A DNA stretch of 60,138 nt from positions 1-60,138 of the forward strand of contig PWZB01000070.1 in the NCBI GenBank assembly GCA_003567625.1, in the 5' to 3' direction. Positions within the stretch are counted from its first letter, which is position 1, and the number at the start of each line of letters is the position of its first letter. A model generated the notes under the pieces. It was given only the letters and a program-made list of their open reading frames with translations, made no database searches and was not told the DNA's origin. The position numbers were made by a program, and so were the translations under genes. Shown here piece by piece: positions 59,059 to 60,138 of the stretch. Source of the DNA: Bacteroidales bacterium. GTDB lineage: Bacteria > Bacteroidota > Bacteroidia > Bacteroidales > UBA7960.

Positions 59059-59931
59059 TTAGCCTGCCAATCTTTCTAATACCGTATGAATAAGTTTATC
59101 AACAGTTTTTTTGTAATCCGTACTGTGTTTTTTCTTTGGTCTGTTTGCAATAACAGCACAAATTGTAAGAGTTTCATGACCAAGTATTTTCCCCAGTGCA
59201 TACAATGCTGAAGTTTCCATTTCAAAATTGATAATCCGCTTATTTTCAAATTCAAAGCTTTCAATATCATTATTTAACCGGGGATATGCAAGAGGTATTC
59301 TCAGTTGGCGACCTTGCGGGCCGAAGAAACCGGAAGCTGTAGCCGTAACTCCCCTGGTCATGCCATATGCAACAGTTTCAAGTAAATCACCCGAATTTTT
59401 AACAATATAAGGATAAGGCAGCTTGCTGTCCCAACCGGTGTGCTCAACAAAAGCTTTTACCATATCTTTTTCGACAATACCCGGATCATATTTATAAAAA
59501 TGTAACAACCCGTCAAAGCCAAGACCATACCCGGATGCAACAAAAGTATCCACATCAATATCCGGTTGTATTGCACCTGATGTACCCAACCGGATAAGTT
59601 TAAGCCTCCGGCGGTCATCTTTAAGCGCACGTGTTTTCAGATCAATGTTAACGGCAGCATCAAGCTCGTTTACAACAATATCAATATTATCTGTTCCTAT
59701 ACCCGTTGATAAAGCCGTAATCCTCCTGCCTTTATAACTGCCGGTATGAGCCATAAATTCACGATTTTGAGATTGATGCTCAATAGTATCAAAATATTTT
59801 GAAATGGATTTTACACGCCCCTGGTCGCCTACCAACAAAACCGTGTCGGCAATCTCTTCAGGTCTTAATTTTATATGATAAACACTGCCGTCAGGGTTTA
59901 TTATTAATTCGCTCTCCTTAAATCTCTTCAT
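59059..59931 (-). CDS. Nucleoside phosphorylase (PNP/UDP family 1, uridine-phosphorylase-like)
   Basis: It has LVGDQGR, GIGTDNIDI, RLGTSGA and EMETSAL motifs. Confidence 0.85.
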   Translation of the reverse strand: MKRFKESELIINPDGSVYHIKLRPEEIADTVLLVGDQGRVKSISKYFDTIEHQSQNREFMAHTGSYKGRRITALSTGIGTDNIDIVVNELDAAVNIDLKTRALKDDRRRLKLIRLGTSGAIQPDIDVDTFVASGYGLGFDGLLHFYKYDPGIVEKDMVKAFVEHTGWDSKLPYPYIVKNSGDLLETVAYGMTRGVTATASGFFGPQGRQLRIPLAYPRLNNDIESFEFENKRIINFEMETSALYALGKILGHETLTICAVIANRPKKKHSTDYKKTVDKLIHTVLERLAG

Positions 59932-60138
59932 TAATGATTTTATTCGTGCAAAATAAAATAATTCATCCTTAATGAAAAACCAAATCTAATGACAAAAATT
60001 GTTCCACACAACTTTTTTATGTTATTTATTTTGGTTGCGTTGATTGATGGTATCGAAAAAATCTGTAATATTTTTATTTTTATGCTTGTTTTTTTAAATT
60101 TTTTTATTTTTGCATTAACTTTTTAATATTTAACCAAA

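Noticed and set aside
1-60138. Search for mobile elements, prophage, or toxin-antitoxin, restriction or CRISPR defence islands
   Set aside because: No ORF translation shows an integrase, transposase, recombinase, reverse transcriptase, phage structural protein, methyltransferase-endonuclease pair or cas-like protein. The only tRNA has no flanking direct repeats.

Overview
This is a 60.1-kb low-GC chromosomal segment that looks like a Bacteroidota genome. Supporting signs are T9SS C-terminal sorting domains, a GWxTD protein, DUF3078/DUF4199-type proteins, TAnnTTTG -7 promoter boxes and no Shine-Dalgarno signals. It holds about 50 intact CDS, almost all housekeeping: a TolC-MFP-RND efflux operon, yggS, rlmB, mgtE behind an M-box riboswitch, prs, miaA, recF plus DUF721, a macro-domain/pncB/pncA NAD-salvage group, an NfeD protease, a transaldolase-type aldolase, rpsP, purL, an LptF/G permease, glycosyltransferases, ribBA, queE and ffh. 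The RNA features are tRNA-Leu(CAA), the small SRP RNA and the M-box riboswitch. I see no integrase, transposase, CRISPR array, restriction-modification genes or other recognisable defence genes. The unusual content is non-coding. (1) Intergenic spacers carry phase-locked 7-bp (sometimes 8-bp) tandem tracts whose unit sequence drifts along the tract, resembling cyanobacterial STRR heptamers; some supply the last codons and stop codon of genes. (2) Three tracts belong to a roughly 200-bp dispersed modular element directly upstream of unrelated start codons. (3) A (GAGATTT)7 array lies between the M-box terminator and mgtE. (4) A 22-bp inverted repeat brackets 186 bp upstream of yjbQ. (5) Ribosomal protein S16 has a 3 x 30-aa tail repeat with a decayed fourth copy past the stop codon. 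(6) There are two decayed T9SS cargo genes. I could not identify a convincing novel multi-gene protein system, so the protein-level candidates carry modest scores. All calls come from reading the sequence and ORF translations by eye; no searches were run.
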